Source: Pyrodictiaceae archaeon (lineage in GTDB: Archaea > Thermoproteota > Thermoprotei_A > Sulfolobales > Pyrodictiaceae). Taken from it: DNA of 64,000 nucleotides. Of this stretch, positions 48,446-58,943 are shown one piece after another (the first letter of the stretch is position 1; each line of letters begins with the position of its first letter). The translations under genes and the position numbers were made by a program. The notes beneath the pieces were generated by a model. It did no database searches and was not told the origin of the DNA. It saw only the letters and a list, made by a program, of their open reading frames with translations. The stretch is from assembly GCA_027036135.1 (NCBI GenBank), contig JALVSY010000016.1:128001-192000 (forward strand). The letters are read 5' to 3'.

Positions 48446-50227
48446 TTATTCGTGGGAGAATATCGCCACTATATTCCTTACATTGCCTTCCTCGTCGCTT
48501 TCCACGGCGTCTATTCTCGCGAACCCTATTCTAACGAGTTGTACTACCTCGCCTCTTCTAAGGCTCCTTGCAGCCTCTTCTGCAAAGCCGTGTTCGCGAC
48601 GAAGCTCGAGTCCCTCCGGAACAACTAGTTCGAGTGGAGTAGCGTGTTCTGCTACGACCCACTGTATTATAGGGGCATTATGTTTCCTTGCTTCATCGAG
48701 GCTCCTGCTATGGTATTTAGCCTTTATTGGTTTCTTGCCCGTCTCTATTATTTCTATGTTGAACGCCTCCATGAGCCTAATTACCTTGTTTCTCTCCACT
48801 GCCTCTAAGTCACTACTAGAGACATAGATAGTGGCTTTGGGTCCTCTCACCGTTATTTTCCTCGAGCCTAGCTTGCCGTTGGGATGATATGGTATCTCGA
48901 ATACCTCCTCTTTCCAGGGGATCGCCTCGACGAGTACGGGGACGGGATCTATGACGGCCATGATTCTCTTCGCTTTGGGGTCTATTATTGAGCGGTTAAT
49001 TGCTGCTAGGTTGGCGAAGCTTATGCTAGCATCTGTATATTTGACGCCTACTTCTAGTATTAGTCTTCGTATGGCCTCTGCTGTGAATCCTCTTCGACGG
49101 AGCCCAGCTATTGTAGCGAATCGGGGATCGTCTATTCCGCTAGCTGTGCCTGCTTCGTAGAGCCTTTTGAGCGCGGATTTGCTCATTATGAATCCTTCTA
49201 GTTTTAGTCTCCCAAAGTGTATGACCTCGGGGTATTTCCAGCCAAGGCATCTGTATACGTATTTCTGCTTCTCAGTATTCTGCATATGCTCCTTAGCCCT
49301 AAGTATATGGGTTACGCCCATTAGGTGGTCATCAACGCCTGCTGCCAGGTTATAGGTTGGCCATACAACGTACCTATCGCCGACGAGGGGGTGTGGATGC
49401 TTACCTGTATCAATTATTCTGAAGGCTACCCAGTCACGTATACTTGGATCTGGGTGATTTGGATCAGTCTTGACTCTTAGAACAGCCTCGCCCTCTGCAA
49501 AATGCCCCTCAAGCATCCTGTCCCATAGTTCTAGGTTCTCTTCGATGCCTCGTAGTCTTGGAGGATATTTCTCGAGTAGTCCTTTGTCTCTGTACCTCTT
49601 ATACTCTTGGCCCGGCAAGTCATCTATGTAGGCACAGCCTTTCTTTAATAGCTTCCTAGCTATGTCGTAATAAGTTTTCATTCTCAGGCTCTGTATATAT
49701 TCCTCATCCCACTCTATGCCGAGCCATTTTAGGTCCCGGCGTATAAGCTCGTAAGCCTCTGGTAGCGGCGTCTTGGTTCTTGGGTCTGTGTCCTCGAATC
49801 GTAGTATAAGCTTGCCCTTGTACATAACCTTGTACTCGTGGCTGAGTATTGCTGGCCGTGCATTACCCAGGTGTATTGCGAAGTCAGGGTTAGGCGCAAA
49901 GCGCGTAACTACTTTACCCTCCTCGGCACCCGGTAGCGGTGGTAATGTTTTCTCCCTTTCTTCTTTCTGCTTCCTCGTCTCCATTACCCAGCCGTACTCT
50001 TTCTCCAGTAGCTGTTTTTGCTTCTCTAGAGGAAGACTATTTACCTCCTTGACTATCTCCGCAACTATTCTCGCTACTTCGCGCGCATAGGGCCTGAGAT
50101 CAGGACGAGCAGCCATTATCTTGCCCATAACGGGCCCTGTTGCTGCTCGTCCGCCGTGCTCCACGGCATTTAGTAGAGCATAGGCCCTTGCCAGCTTCTT
50201 TACTTCATCTACGCTGAATCCTGATAT
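48446..50227 (-). CDS. gltX: Glutamyl-tRNA synthetase (probable ATA start at 50227)
   Basis: TRFAPNP, HLGN, RFEDTD, MSKS; the GluRS-like N-terminus VDEVKKLARAYALLNA lies upstream of the first GTG. Confidence 0.93.
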   Translation of the reverse strand: MSGFSVDEVKKLARAYALLNAVEHGGRAATGPVMGKIMAARPDLRPYAREVARIVAEIVKEVNSLPLEKQKQLLEKEYGWVMETRKQKEEREKTLPPLPGAEEGKVVTRFAPNPDFAIHLGNARPAILSHEYKVMYKGKLILRFEDTDPRTKTPLPEAYELIRRDLKWLGIEWDEEYIQSLRMKTYYDIARKLLKKGCAYIDDLPGQEYKRYRDKGLLEKYPPRLRGIEENLELWDRMLEGHFAEGEAVLRVKTDPNHPDPSIRDWVAFRIIDTGKHPHPLVGDRYVVWPTYNLAAGVDDHLMGVTHILRAKEHMQNTEKQKYVYRCLGWKYPEVIHFGRLKLEGFIMSKSALKRLYEAGTASGIDDPRFATIAGLRRRGFTAEAIRRLILEVGVKYTDASISFANLAAINRSIIDPKAKRIMAVIDPVPVLVEAIPWKEEVFEIPYHPNGKLGSRKITVRGPKATIYVSSSDLEAVERNKVIRLMEAFNIEIIETGKKPIKAKYHSRSLDEARKHNAPIIQWVVAEHATPLELVVPEGLELRREHGFAEEAARSLRRGEVVQLVRIGFARIDAVESDEEGNVRNIVAIFSHE

Positions 50228-50720
50228 ACTTGACCACCTCCTCGGGAGCTATAATTACTATATCCTCTTCTCTCTCGCCTATTGGCGAAGAATATATGTA
50301 AACTACAATACCTGCTACGTGAGTCTTTATTCGCCTCATCTCTCTTTTCCGTGTAAGCACGACTCCGAGCGTGTCCCACTTCTTCACCTTTACTCCTTCA
50401 CAAACTTCCAACGCTACCCTTATGCCCTCAACTGGTATAGGTTCAACAGCTGAGCCGCGTTGAACAAATAGACCCGTATTGTACTCGGGGGGAAGCACTA
50501 CTACGAAGCTCTTAGTGACACGCTTCTCAACAAGGTCTATGAAGTCTATCGTGGATCCGTATACTTGTTTACCGAGACAGATAGCGTCCTTCTCATTGCT
50601 ACACCTATTGGTTACTTTCCCTACACCGTCCCTTATTTCGAGGAAAACGTCGGAGACTACATCTTCTACATAGAGCTGGGGGATTGCATAAGGTGATTTT
50701 ACACAATTTTCTTCAACCAA
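50205..50720 (-). CDS. DUF2118-like protein (barrel-sandwich/biotinyl-lipoyl-like)
   Basis: VEG...EGVKVKKWDTLGVVLTRKREMR...GIVVYI; position in the idsA-gltX cluster. Confidence 0.65.
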   Translation of the reverse strand: MVEENCVKSPYAIPQLYVEDVVSDVFLEIRDGVGKVTNRCSNEKDAICLGKQVYGSTIDFIDLVEKRVTKSFVVVLPPEYNTGLFVQRGSAVEPIPVEGIRVALEVCEGVKVKKWDTLGVVLTRKREMRRIKTHVAGIVVYIYSSPIGEREEDIVIIAPEEVVKYIRIQRR

Positions 50721-50812
50721 GGCTGATGCCCGCTAAGAATCAATGTCCGCTTAATTATACTCATATCTCGTAGAGAAAATACATACATTGACTGGGCTCA
50801 CGAGGGACCTAG

Positions 50813-51814
50813 TTACTTTGTCCTAGTAGCGGCGAACTCTGCTAGGTCGACTAGTATTTTCTTCGCCTCGTTATCGGGTAGCACGCTTAGAGCTGCTATA
50901 GCTTTGTCCGCGTATTCTCTTGCCAGCTTCTCTGCATAGTCTATTGCCCCGCTCTTCTTGATTAGGCTTGCTGCTTCTTCGAGTTCTTCTCGGCTAGCTT
51001 GCTTATTGCCGAGAATTGATACGAGTTTCTCCTTCTCATCGCCTTCGAGCTGGTTTAGCGCATATATTATTACTAGTGTCTTTTTGCCCTCCCTAATATC
51101 GCTGTACACTGGCTTTCCTATCTCTTCCTCCTTGCCGGCAACGCCTAGTATGTCGTCTCTGATCTGGAAAGCTATCCCGAGATTGCGGCCATAGAGGGCT
51201 AGGCTTGAGAGTATTGATTCATCCTCGGTAGCTACAAGCCCGCCTAGTATGGCAGATGCCTCGAAGAGGGCACCAGTCTTCTTGTATATCATTTGGAAGT
51301 AGTCATCTATATCGACATCCTCTAGTTGCTCGAACATCATGTCGAGGGCCTGGCCCTCGGCTATGACGGCTGATGCGTGTGCAAGTGTCTTTAGTGCCCG
51401 TGTAATCATGTTATGAGGTATGCCTTTTGCTTCTGCATCGCCTAGAACCTCGAACGCTTTAGCGAACAATAGGTCGCCGGCTGTTATAGCCATTGCTTCT
51501 CCCCATAGCTTGTGCACTGTTGGTACTCCTCTGCGGAACTCATCCCTATCCATTATATCATCGTGTATGAGCGTGAAGTTGTGTACTAGCTCAACTGCTG
51601 CTGCGAAGGGGAGTGCTTTCTCGGCGACCTCCCCCAGGGCCTCGGTGACCGCTATGACTATTGCTGGTCTGAGCCTCTTCCCGCCTGCACGTATAAGGTG
51701 GAGAGCAGCGTTGTATAGGTCGTCGGGCTTGCCCTGTACACGGGCATAGATATAGCCATTTACGAGCCCTGCTACCCTCTCAAGGTACTTTACTATGTGC
51801 TCGGGGAGCTTCAT
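50813..51814 (-). CDS. idsA: Geranylgeranyl diphosphate synthase (polyprenyl synthetase)
   Basis: GGKRLRP, HDDIMD, RRG, GQALD, FQIRDD. Confidence 0.93.
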   Translation of the reverse strand: MKLPEHIVKYLERVAGLVNGYIYARVQGKPDDLYNAALHLIRAGGKRLRPAIVIAVTEALGEVAEKALPFAAAVELVHNFTLIHDDIMDRDEFRRGVPTVHKLWGEAMAITAGDLLFAKAFEVLGDAEAKGIPHNMITRALKTLAHASAVIAEGQALDMMFEQLEDVDIDDYFQMIYKKTGALFEASAILGGLVATEDESILSSLALYGRNLGIAFQIRDDILGVAGKEEEIGKPVYSDIREGKKTLVIIYALNQLEGDEKEKLVSILGNKQASREELEEAASLIKKSGAIDYAEKLAREYADKAIAALSVLPDNEAKKILVDLAEFAATRTK

Positions 51815-51850
51815 CTAGTACACCTCTATATCCGAATAGATAGGCATTGA

Positions 51851-52987
51851 TTAAGAGGAGCAGCTTCTACCAGGCTCAACTAGTAGTCTTGTACCCCTAA
51901 GATATAACTCTGTATCTATGCCTCTAGCCTCGAGACGCTGCCTAAGAGTAGGGTCTATATCTAGCTCTGTTTTCCTCAACTCGGCTAGTGTACTAGAACC
52001 CGTAAGGAATAACGCTACCCGTAGCTCAAAGACAAGCTGCTCAAGGAAGTCCCTGACCCCTTTTTCTAATCGTTCCCCATAAGCCCTTATCACGGGCAGG
52101 GCTACCCCGGCGATATCCGCTCCGAGAGCTATTGCCTTGGCGACGTCAAGCCCTGTCCTTATACCGCCACTGGCTATTATGCAGGAGTCTGGAGAGGCCC
52201 AGCGCACCTCTATCAGTGCCTGTAAGGTTGGGATCCCCCAGTCAGAGAAGACTCGAGCCCCCCGAGCCAGCTTATCCATACCTCTGGCCTTCGCCCTATA
52301 CATCTCAACCTTGATCCAGCTTGTCCCACCTGCTCCTGAGACATCGAAGAACCTTACTCCTCTACTACGCAGGGCGAGCGCGACTTCATAGCTAAGCCCT
52401 TGCCCCGTCTCCTTCACAATGACAGGCTTATCTAGCTCGGCTACAATATTAGCTATTTTCTCTAATACCCCCCGATACCCAGTGTCGCCTTCCGGCTGAA
52501 ACGCCTCCTGCCCAGCATTGAGGTGTATCGCGACAGCATCGGCATCAATCATTTCTATGGCCTTCCTAACCTCTGCAACGCTATAGCCTTTAACAAGCTG
52601 AGGTGCACCAATATTAGCCACTAGTGGGATTTCTGGGCCGCACCTACGGGCAATACTAAAGGTTGATGCAAGCTCTGGCCTCTCTATTGCTGCCCGCTGG
52701 CTGCCAACACCCATTGCTAGGCCTAGCTCTTGAGCCGCTTTGGCTATCGCGCAATTTATCTCAGCAGCTACCTCGTGGCCCCCCGTCATACCAGTTATCA
52801 TTATCGGTGCTTCTAGCCTCTTACCAAGAAAGCGTATGGATGTATCTACATTCCCTAGATTGATCTCGGGTAGCGCTGTGTGCCGGAGTTCTACGTGCTC
52901 GAAGAGCGTTGTTTTCCAAGCATGCTCGACATCACTGTCAAGCGCTATGCGTATGTGGTCTAGTTTTCGTAAAGGCGTGTGGTTCAT
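51851..52987 (-). CDS. fni: Type 2 isopentenyl-diphosphate isomerase
   Basis: RKLDH, GMTGG, GSQR, KETG, GAGGTSW. Confidence 0.95.
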   Translation of the reverse strand: MNHTPLRKLDHIRIALDSDVEHAWKTTLFEHVELRHTALPEINLGNVDTSIRFLGKRLEAPIMITGMTGGHEVAAEINCAIAKAAQELGLAMGVGSQRAAIERPELASTFSIARRCGPEIPLVANIGAPQLVKGYSVAEVRKAIEMIDADAVAIHLNAGQEAFQPEGDTGYRGVLEKIANIVAELDKPVIVKETGQGLSYEVALALRSRGVRFFDVSGAGGTSWIKVEMYRAKARGMDKLARGARVFSDWGIPTLQALIEVRWASPDSCIIASGGIRTGLDVAKAIALGADIAGVALPVIRAYGERLEKGVRDFLEQLVFELRVALFLTGSSTLAELRKTELDIDPTLRQRLEARGIDTELYLRGTRLLVEPGRSCSS

Positions 52988-53000
52988 AGCACCGTTTCCT

Positions 53001-53825
53001 CTAAGGCCTTATTACTGTCCCGGGCCCTACTCCCTTTATTGCCCCTATAATTCTTCCCTCTTTGAGGCCATTGACTATCCAGACTTCTCTAATGCTACTA
53101 CACCAGTTTTCTCTTATCGCGTCTAGTTTCCGCCTAATACCCCCGGTCACGTCTACGTGGCTGCTTCCACCAGCATGCTTAGTGGCTAGCTCAAGTTCAT
53201 GTAGTCTCAGCTCGGGGATGGGCTCGCCGCTATCTGTGAGAATGCCGTCAACGTCGCTTACATAGATTACTTTTGTCGCGCCAATGCGGCACCCCATCTC
53301 CATAGCTAGCTCGTCTCCCGACACAATACACCATCCCTCATGGCTCTCGCACGGGTATATGTCGCCATAGGTTAGGGGGACCACGTCCTTGCTGAGAGCT
53401 TGTAGGGCTTGTTGCCAGCTACAATTAGGTTGAAGTCCTCTTGGCGAGCATATCGCGTGCGGCGGGTATATGAGTGAAGGAATCCCGTTGAGCGCGAGTA
53501 CGTCTGCCACTAGTAGAGCAAGCTCGTTCATTGCCGCCGCTACAACGTATAACGCGTGTGCTGCTACCGAGTCATGCTCTCGTTGCTGCGCAGCTGCATA
53601 GTGCCCGTAGCTTCCTCCTCCGAGAACTATTGCTAGCTTTGCTCTTGTGTATATCTCTGCTAGCTCCTTCGCAACTCTGTTCATCGTGCCAAGGCTCGGC
53701 GTGAACGCCTCATCTTTACGCGTTATAATGCTTCCCCCTAGCTTTATAACAAAAATACTACTTCGTCTCCTAGCCTTGCCCCTGGCCTGCATACCCCATA
53801 TACCCTCTGGAGAGATGGAGTCCAT
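53001..53825 (-). CDS. Isopentenyl phosphate kinase (true start probably ~53790)
   Basis: IKLGGSIIT, GGGSYGH, VSGD, DVTGG. Confidence 0.88.
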   Translation of the reverse strand: MDSISPEGIWGMQARGKARRRSSIFVIKLGGSIITRKDEAFTPSLGTMNRVAKELAEIYTRAKLAIVLGGGSYGHYAAAQQREHDSVAAHALYVVAAAMNELALLVADVLALNGIPSLIYPPHAICSPRGLQPNCSWQQALQALSKDVVPLTYGDIYPCESHEGWCIVSGDELAMEMGCRIGATKVIYVSDVDGILTDSGEPIPELRLHELELATKHAGGSSHVDVTGGIRRKLDAIRENWCSSIREVWIVNGLKEGRIIGAIKGVGPGTVIRP

Positions 53826-54601
53826 TTACACCCCGGATCTGGGATACCTGCACCATAGAGCATATAGTATGCAGCATTCTCTATGCGCTCATATATTGAA
53901 AGGTCAGGTACTACATTGTCTTGACTATTCTCCCTAAGCTTAGCGGCTACCTCGATAACGTTAAGGCCTAGGAGCCTAGTTATCTCGGAATAGATAGGAT
54001 CCTCCAGCCTCCCTGTTATGTCGTCACCTATGTCTTCTTCGCCTACAAGCTCTAGGACTATCTCCCTATTACTTGGCAAATCTACGGGTTCTTCCCCCCT
54101 CCTATATATCAGGCTTTTTCCACGAATTATTGCTGCACGCATAGCCTCTAGATAATCGAGACCTACTCCACTCTCTCTATCTATATCATTAGCTGCTTGT
54201 AGCACCTCATCCATGGCTAACTCATAGCCACCAAGCTCTGAAACTGCTTGCACTATTGCAAGGCTCGCAGCAGCGTATATCGAGGAAGCGGGGGGGAATG
54301 AGACGCCTTTTACAGATATATCTAGTACCACGTGTAATGGTTGCTCCAGCCTAGCTGAGACTTCATCAACGAATGACTTTATTGCTAGCTCGTATCTCCA
54401 TCCCAGGGATACGCCGCTGGTCTTAACAGATGATGCCCTCTCTGCCTCCTCTATTCCAACTGCTATAGAAACAAGGCTTTGGTCCTTGCTGCGTAGAACT
54501 ATGTATGGATTAGACTTCCCGGGAAGAGGCACGCCATAATAGACTATCACTAGGGGCATACTATATCGCGTCTCTTCTCTGCTAAACCCATTATTACCCA
54601 A
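53744..54601 (-). CDS. Highly divergent GHMP-kinase-like protein in the mevalonate kinase position
   Basis: Position between MEMO1 and ipk; SIYAAASLA and AANDIDRESG resemble GHMP elements; the glycine loop is missing. Confidence 0.5.
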   Translation of the reverse strand: MGNNGFSREETRYSMPLVIVYYGVPLPGKSNPYIVLRSKDQSLVSIAVGIEEAERASSVKTSGVSLGWRYELAIKSFVDEVSARLEQPLHVVLDISVKGVSFPPASSIYAAASLAIVQAVSELGGYELAMDEVLQAANDIDRESGVGLDYLEAMRAAIIRGKSLIYRRGEEPVDLPSNREIVLELVGEEDIGDDITGRLEDPIYSEITRLLGLNVIEVAAKLRENSQDNVVPDLSIYERIENAAYYMLYGAGIPDPGCKWTPSLQRVYGVCRPGARLGDEVVFLL

Positions 54602-54619
54602 TATCTTTCACCTGCCTAG

Positions 54620-55486
54620 CTAAGTGATCTTTATGGAGGCATATCCAACCACGCTTGTATCCCCGCCAGCTATGTCGCCGCTCGTCGCATAGGCTAGTAA
54701 CTTTGCTTGTTGAGCGCCTCGGAGCAAAGAATAATGTATTGCTGCTACAATGGGCCCGGGCCCGCAAACAGGAAGAGTATTATCCATTATCGTCTCGTAC
54801 ACCTTAGCTGCATCTAGCTCCTCGATCGCACTGATAATCCTCTTATCGTACTGGTATGCTTCGTCACGCGTAACATAGTGACTTAGATCGCTCGTAGCTA
54901 TGACTACGATACGTCTGCCGAACTCTTTCTCCGCCCCATATATTGCCTCGGCTAGCCTCTTAGCGTTCTCTATTGACTGATCATACATAGTTATGGCAAT
55001 TATTCTGAAGTTGTTCCCGAACAAGTATTGCAGGAACGGCAATTGGACCTCGATACTATGTTCGAAGAGGTGGGCTTTTTCATCGATGCTTTCCTCTCCG
55101 AGGAGCTGGGCAAGCTTCTCTACAAATTCTTCATCAACACTAGTCGTGCCTAGTGGGGTAATCCATTCCCCTCCGGGATATACCGCGAGAGGAGCACCAA
55201 GCCCTGTATGATTAGGGCCTATGATAACAAATGTTTCAGCACCACCGCTGAGGCCTAGCTCGTAGTAAGCATGGGCAGCTATGGGCCCGCTATACATTAC
55301 GCCAGCGTGTGGAACTATTAGAGCTTTTATCTCGCCGCCTTCCTCAATCTTCCTGCTTTTCTCGGGTAATTTTCCTGGGCCAAGAGGGTGTTGAAAACAC
55401 CACTCAATTTGTGAGCGTAGCGCGTCCCTGTCTGGCTCATAGAATATGCCTGCTACTGATGGGAATCGTCTAATTCGCTTAAGCAT
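54620..55486 (-). CDS. MEMO1/AmmeMemoRadiSam protein B family
   Basis: VAGIFY, VPHAG, GPNHTG, EHSIEVQLPF, SDLSHY, VVGYAS. Confidence 0.93.
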   Translation of the reverse strand: MLKRIRRFPSVAGIFYEPDRDALRSQIEWCFQHPLGPGKLPEKSRKIEEGGEIKALIVPHAGVMYSGPIAAHAYYELGLSGGAETFVIIGPNHTGLGAPLAVYPGGEWITPLGTTSVDEEFVEKLAQLLGEESIDEKAHLFEHSIEVQLPFLQYLFGNNFRIIAITMYDQSIENAKRLAEAIYGAEKEFGRRIVVIATSDLSHYVTRDEAYQYDKRIISAIEELDAAKVYETIMDNTLPVCGPGPIVAAIHYSLLRGAQQAKLLAYATSGDIAGGDTSVVGYASIKIT

Positions 55487-55618
55487 TCATGTACGCCCAT
55501 TAGTACTTGCGTGTACAGAGCTATATTTATGGTAATAAGGAGGTTACGATGATTAGAGATTAAGTGTATATGCCGAAAAACAATCATGAACTAAGTTATT
55601 TGGAGACCTGGCTCAGTG

Positions 55619-56251
55619 TTACCAGCGTCTCCGCGGCCTGAACTCGAATGCCTCCGGAGGCTCTGGGAGGTCTTGGTCCGCTCTAAGCTTTCCTTGTTCT
55701 CTTAGGATTTCCCGTGCTAGAACCCAGTATGTGAGTGCTAGGCTTCGTCTACCCTTGTTGTTTACTGGTATGATTAAGTCGAGGTTGTCTATCCTATTAT
55801 CGGTGTCTGCTAGAGCTACAACTGGTATACCCATGCGGGCTGCCTCGTCGACAGCTTGGCTATCTGCTCTGGGGTCGCTCACCAGTATCACATCTGGCTC
55901 AAGGTACCACTCAAGGCTCGGGTTTGTAAAGGTGCCAGGCATTATTCTCCCGAGAACTGTTTTGCAGCCAACATAGGTGCAGAATTTCTGTACTGGTTTC
56001 TGCGCGTACTGCCTAACGGCGACTGCGACTATTTTCTGGGGCTCGAATCTTGCAAGGAATTTCGCGGCTATGCGTAGGCGTTCATCGGTCTTCCTTATAT
56101 CGAGTATGTAGAGGCCATCGGGCCTGACTCGGTATACGAAGCGGCGCATATATGCTGTACAGATGTGTGTACCTATGTGCATACCAGCTGATAGGTACCT
56201 CTCTAGTGGTAATAGGAGCTCAATAGTTTCCCTAGCCTGCTCGCCGCTCAT
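55619..56251 (-). CDS. rps2: 30S ribosomal protein S2
   Basis: [28 protein letters not shown]. Confidence 0.97.
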   Translation of the reverse strand: MSGEQARETIELLLPLERYLSAGMHIGTHICTAYMRRFVYRVRPDGLYILDIRKTDERLRIAAKFLARFEPQKIVAVAVRQYAQKPVQKFCTYVGCKTVLGRIMPGTFTNPSLEWYLEPDVILVSDPRADSQAVDEAARMGIPVVALADTDNRIDNLDLIIPVNNKGRRSLALTYWVLAREILREQGKLRADQDLPEPPEAFEFRPRRRW

Positions 56252-56415
56252 AGTACTGCTTCCCCTCTGCGGAGACATGGATACCGGGTCTAAATATGCA
56301 TGATGCTCTACGTCCTCCGCGTCTGCCTCTAGGCCCCTGCTGAGCCCCGAGAGGCTTAGGAAAAACACGGGATACTAGCAATGAACGAAAGAGCATTGAG
56401 GAGAATATTATGCCC

Positions 56416-56616
56416 TTAGAGTATTCGTTTAAACTTCCTTACCTCATATATTGCTGGTACATGCGCTAGGAGGGTTTTCCTGCAACAATACCTCTTGACG
56501 CCGAGATCGTCTAGAACTTTTTCTGGGTCTTCTCCATTCTTTACTCTGCGATAGAACTCTTCCCAATATTGTGCCAAAGGTGCGCCGCAAGTAAAACAGC
56601 GAATAGGGACTATCAT
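56416..56616 (-). CDS. rpoN: RNA polymerase subunit N (Rpo10)
   Basis: [13 protein letters not shown]. Confidence 0.97.
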   Translation of the reverse strand: MIVPIRCFTCGAPLAQYWEEFYRRVKNGEDPEKVLDDLGVKRYCCRKTLLAHVPAIYEVRKFKRIL

Positions 56617-56623
56617 TTCCTTG

Positions 56624-57085
56624 TCACCTGTAGCTCTTCTGCCATCTCCTTCTAGCGCTCCTACGCATCGGCTTCTCTGGCTCAGTCTGCCTGGGGTCGC
56701 CAGATAGCATCGATCTATCGTATTCCTCGTATATCTTTCTCAGAGCCTCGCTACCAGTGTAGGCGACTAGGCCTCTTGCTATAGCCATCCTCACTGCATC
56801 TGCCTGGCTCATGTAGCCTCCACCGTGGACATTAACCTTTATGTCAACGCTGTTAGCTATATCCTCGCCAGCGAGTAGCAGGGGCTCCATCATCTTCCAG
56901 CGCGCCATCTCAATAGGCCATATCTCTAACGGGATACCATTTATCCATACACGTCCCTTACCGGGCTTTATCACTGCTCTCGCGATGCTCGTCTTCCTCT
57001 TACCTGCAGCCACTACTATCCGTACAGGTTTCTCTGTTTGCAGGTATGCGCCGAGGAGCCTAGGTCTCGCGGCCTCGCTGCTCAT
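56624..57085 (-). CDS. rps9: 30S ribosomal protein S9
   Basis: [16 protein letters not shown]. Confidence 0.97.
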   Translation of the reverse strand: MSSEAARPRLLGAYLQTEKPVRIVVAAGKRKTSIARAVIKPGKGRVWINGIPLEIWPIEMARWKMMEPLLLAGEDIANSVDIKVNVHGGGYMSQADAVRMAIARGLVAYTGSEALRKIYEEYDRSMLSGDPRQTEPEKPMRRSARRRWQKSYR

Positions 57086-57564
57086 TGCTTACTAAGCACC
57101 CCCCTCCATCCCAGCTTCTGTGCGAGTTCTCCTACACGTATAAACTTATGTCCCAGCCTGCTGGCATCAGCGAAGCTGAAGCGTGTGAACTCTTTGTTTT
57201 GGAGCTCCTTTGGCACACCTATGTATATTCTTAGTCTTCGCATTGCTTCACGGCCTTTCTGTTTCTCCTTGGGCAGCATACCCGTTATTGCCTTTTTCAC
57301 TATGAATATTGGTGAACGTGGCCTATGTGGTCCCCACTTATAGGGGTTAACATGTACCTTTAGTTCCCACCATATGCGATAGCTGTGGAATACCCTGAGA
57401 GGATCGCCACTTATCACTGCTTTCTCCGCATTAACTATGTATACTCTATAGCCTTCCAGAAGCTTCTTGGCAACGGCTGCCGCCATTCTTCCAAGTATCT
57501 GGTCTGTGGCATCAATGTATAGTACTCTCTCCGGCGGCTTAGGTGCCTCAACCTGCATAGTCAT
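57082..57564 (-). CDS. rpl13: 50S ribosomal protein L13
   Basis: IDATDQILGR, NAEKAVISG, GMLP. Confidence 0.97.
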   Translation of the reverse strand: MTMQVEAPKPPERVLYIDATDQILGRMAAAVAKKLLEGYRVYIVNAEKAVISGDPLRVFHSYRIWWELKVHVNPYKWGPHRPRSPIFIVKKAITGMLPKEKQKGREAMRRLRIYIGVPKELQNKEFTRFSFADASRLGHKFIRVGELAQKLGWRGVLSKQ

Positions 57565-57584
57565 GGGTAAGCACCCCGAGTAAG

Positions 57585-57956
57585 TTATATGATTATCTTT
57601 ACGTTGCTGCCACGCGGGTTCTCTTCTGCTAATTGGAGTATGTGAAGTACGCGGCCTCCAGCGCTAGTTATTTTGCGAACAGCTTCAGCGCTAAATGCTA
57701 TTGCAGCAACAGTTACTGGGTGATCGATGCTACCTGCTCCTAGTACCTTTCCAGGGACTACTACGGTGTCGCCAGCATTTGTGTATCTGTTTATCTTGCT
57801 TACATTAACCTCTACTCGTAGTCTCCTGGGTCTCTCTAGGAGCTCCGCTACGTATCGCCATATTGCTGCCTTGTACTTGTTAGCAGTACTTCTTAGCCGG
57901 CGTATAGTCATTCGCAGCACTATGTTTGTTGGCCCCGTTCTCTTCGTTACCTGCAT
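57585..57956 (-). CDS. rpl18e: 50S ribosomal protein L18e
   Basis: TGPTN, VVPGKVLG, NPRGSNV. Confidence 0.97.
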   Translation of the reverse strand: MQVTKRTGPTNIVLRMTIRRLRSTANKYKAAIWRYVAELLERPRRLRVEVNVSKINRYTNAGDTVVVPGKVLGAGSIDHPVTVAAIAFSAEAVRKITSAGGRVLHILQLAEENPRGSNVKIII

Positions 57957-57970
57957 GTCTCTTCACACCC

Positions 57971-58822
57971 CTAACTTTGTCCCCGGCGTAGCTCCCTTAT
58001 CTGTGCTAGGAGGTTTTCAGCTTTCCTAACAATTGCGCTAATTGCCTCTAGCAAGATGGTCTCGGGTGGCAATGCACCTGTAGACTCAACCTTGAGTATG
58101 AATTCCTTATCATCATAGGTTAGCTTAGCTCCCTTCTCGCATTTCTTTGTAACACACCAGTAAAGGCCGGAGGTGTTTATGTCGTCGAGTATCCTTAGTG
58201 TGCCTTTGCGCATGTTCTTTATCTTCTCTGCTATCTGGGGGTAGCTCATCTCTATGCACTTAACACACTCATTACTCATCTCATCTAGGTCAAATTCCAG
58301 GACTGGAACATACTTGTGTGCAGCAACGCTTACTGGCATCCACTTTGCATGCTCTTTCCCGTAGCCGAGGCGAGCATATGCTTGGAGGCGGAGCCTCTGG
58401 TCTGGGGCCATTAGGACTATTGGCATATTATCGTAGACTGGTTTTACGTCTGGGTCACTAGTCTCTAGGTCTCCGCTATAGACCATTCTTTCTTCCTGTG
58501 GCCCTGTCTCAACCTCTAACCGAAAAGTTACATAGCAATCAAGGTCTCCTAGTTTCGCATTTACGCATTCTTCTGGCCGCTTATACTTCTCTAGAGCCTC
58601 TTTACTGGTAAGAGGTATCATAGCCAATCTATGAGCTATTATCTCGTCATAGAGCACCGTGTTATTATCGAATACCTCTACAAGGTCAATAGCCATAACT
58701 GGTACATCGGTGTAGCTTGCTCGCCTAACGGCGTTTACGAGGGGGAGGGGATAGCCCTTGATACGTATTCTTATTGTGTTTGCGGCCCTCTCTACTATAC
58801 ATATGCTCCTTTGCTCATCCAT
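57971..58822 (-). CDS. rpoD: RNA polymerase subunit D (Rpo3)
   Basis: NAVRR, DEIIAHRLAMIPL, GKEHAKW, ESTGAL. Confidence 0.95.
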   Translation of the reverse strand: MDEQRSICIVERAANTIRIRIKGYPLPLVNAVRRASYTDVPVMAIDLVEVFDNNTVLYDEIIAHRLAMIPLTSKEALEKYKRPEECVNAKLGDLDCYVTFRLEVETGPQEERMVYSGDLETSDPDVKPVYDNMPIVLMAPDQRLRLQAYARLGYGKEHAKWMPVSVAAHKYVPVLEFDLDEMSNECVKCIEMSYPQIAEKIKNMRKGTLRILDDINTSGLYWCVTKKCEKGAKLTYDDKEFILKVESTGALPPETILLEAISAIVRKAENLLAQIRELRRGQS

Positions 58823-58943
58823 ACCACATACCTCGATAACGTAGAGCTGAGGCCCCGTATAGGGCAATAGGTTATGGAAAATACATTGGAGTGATAAACT
58901 GACCCTGGTTTAGAGAATTGAAACTTAAAATGGCTTCATTATG

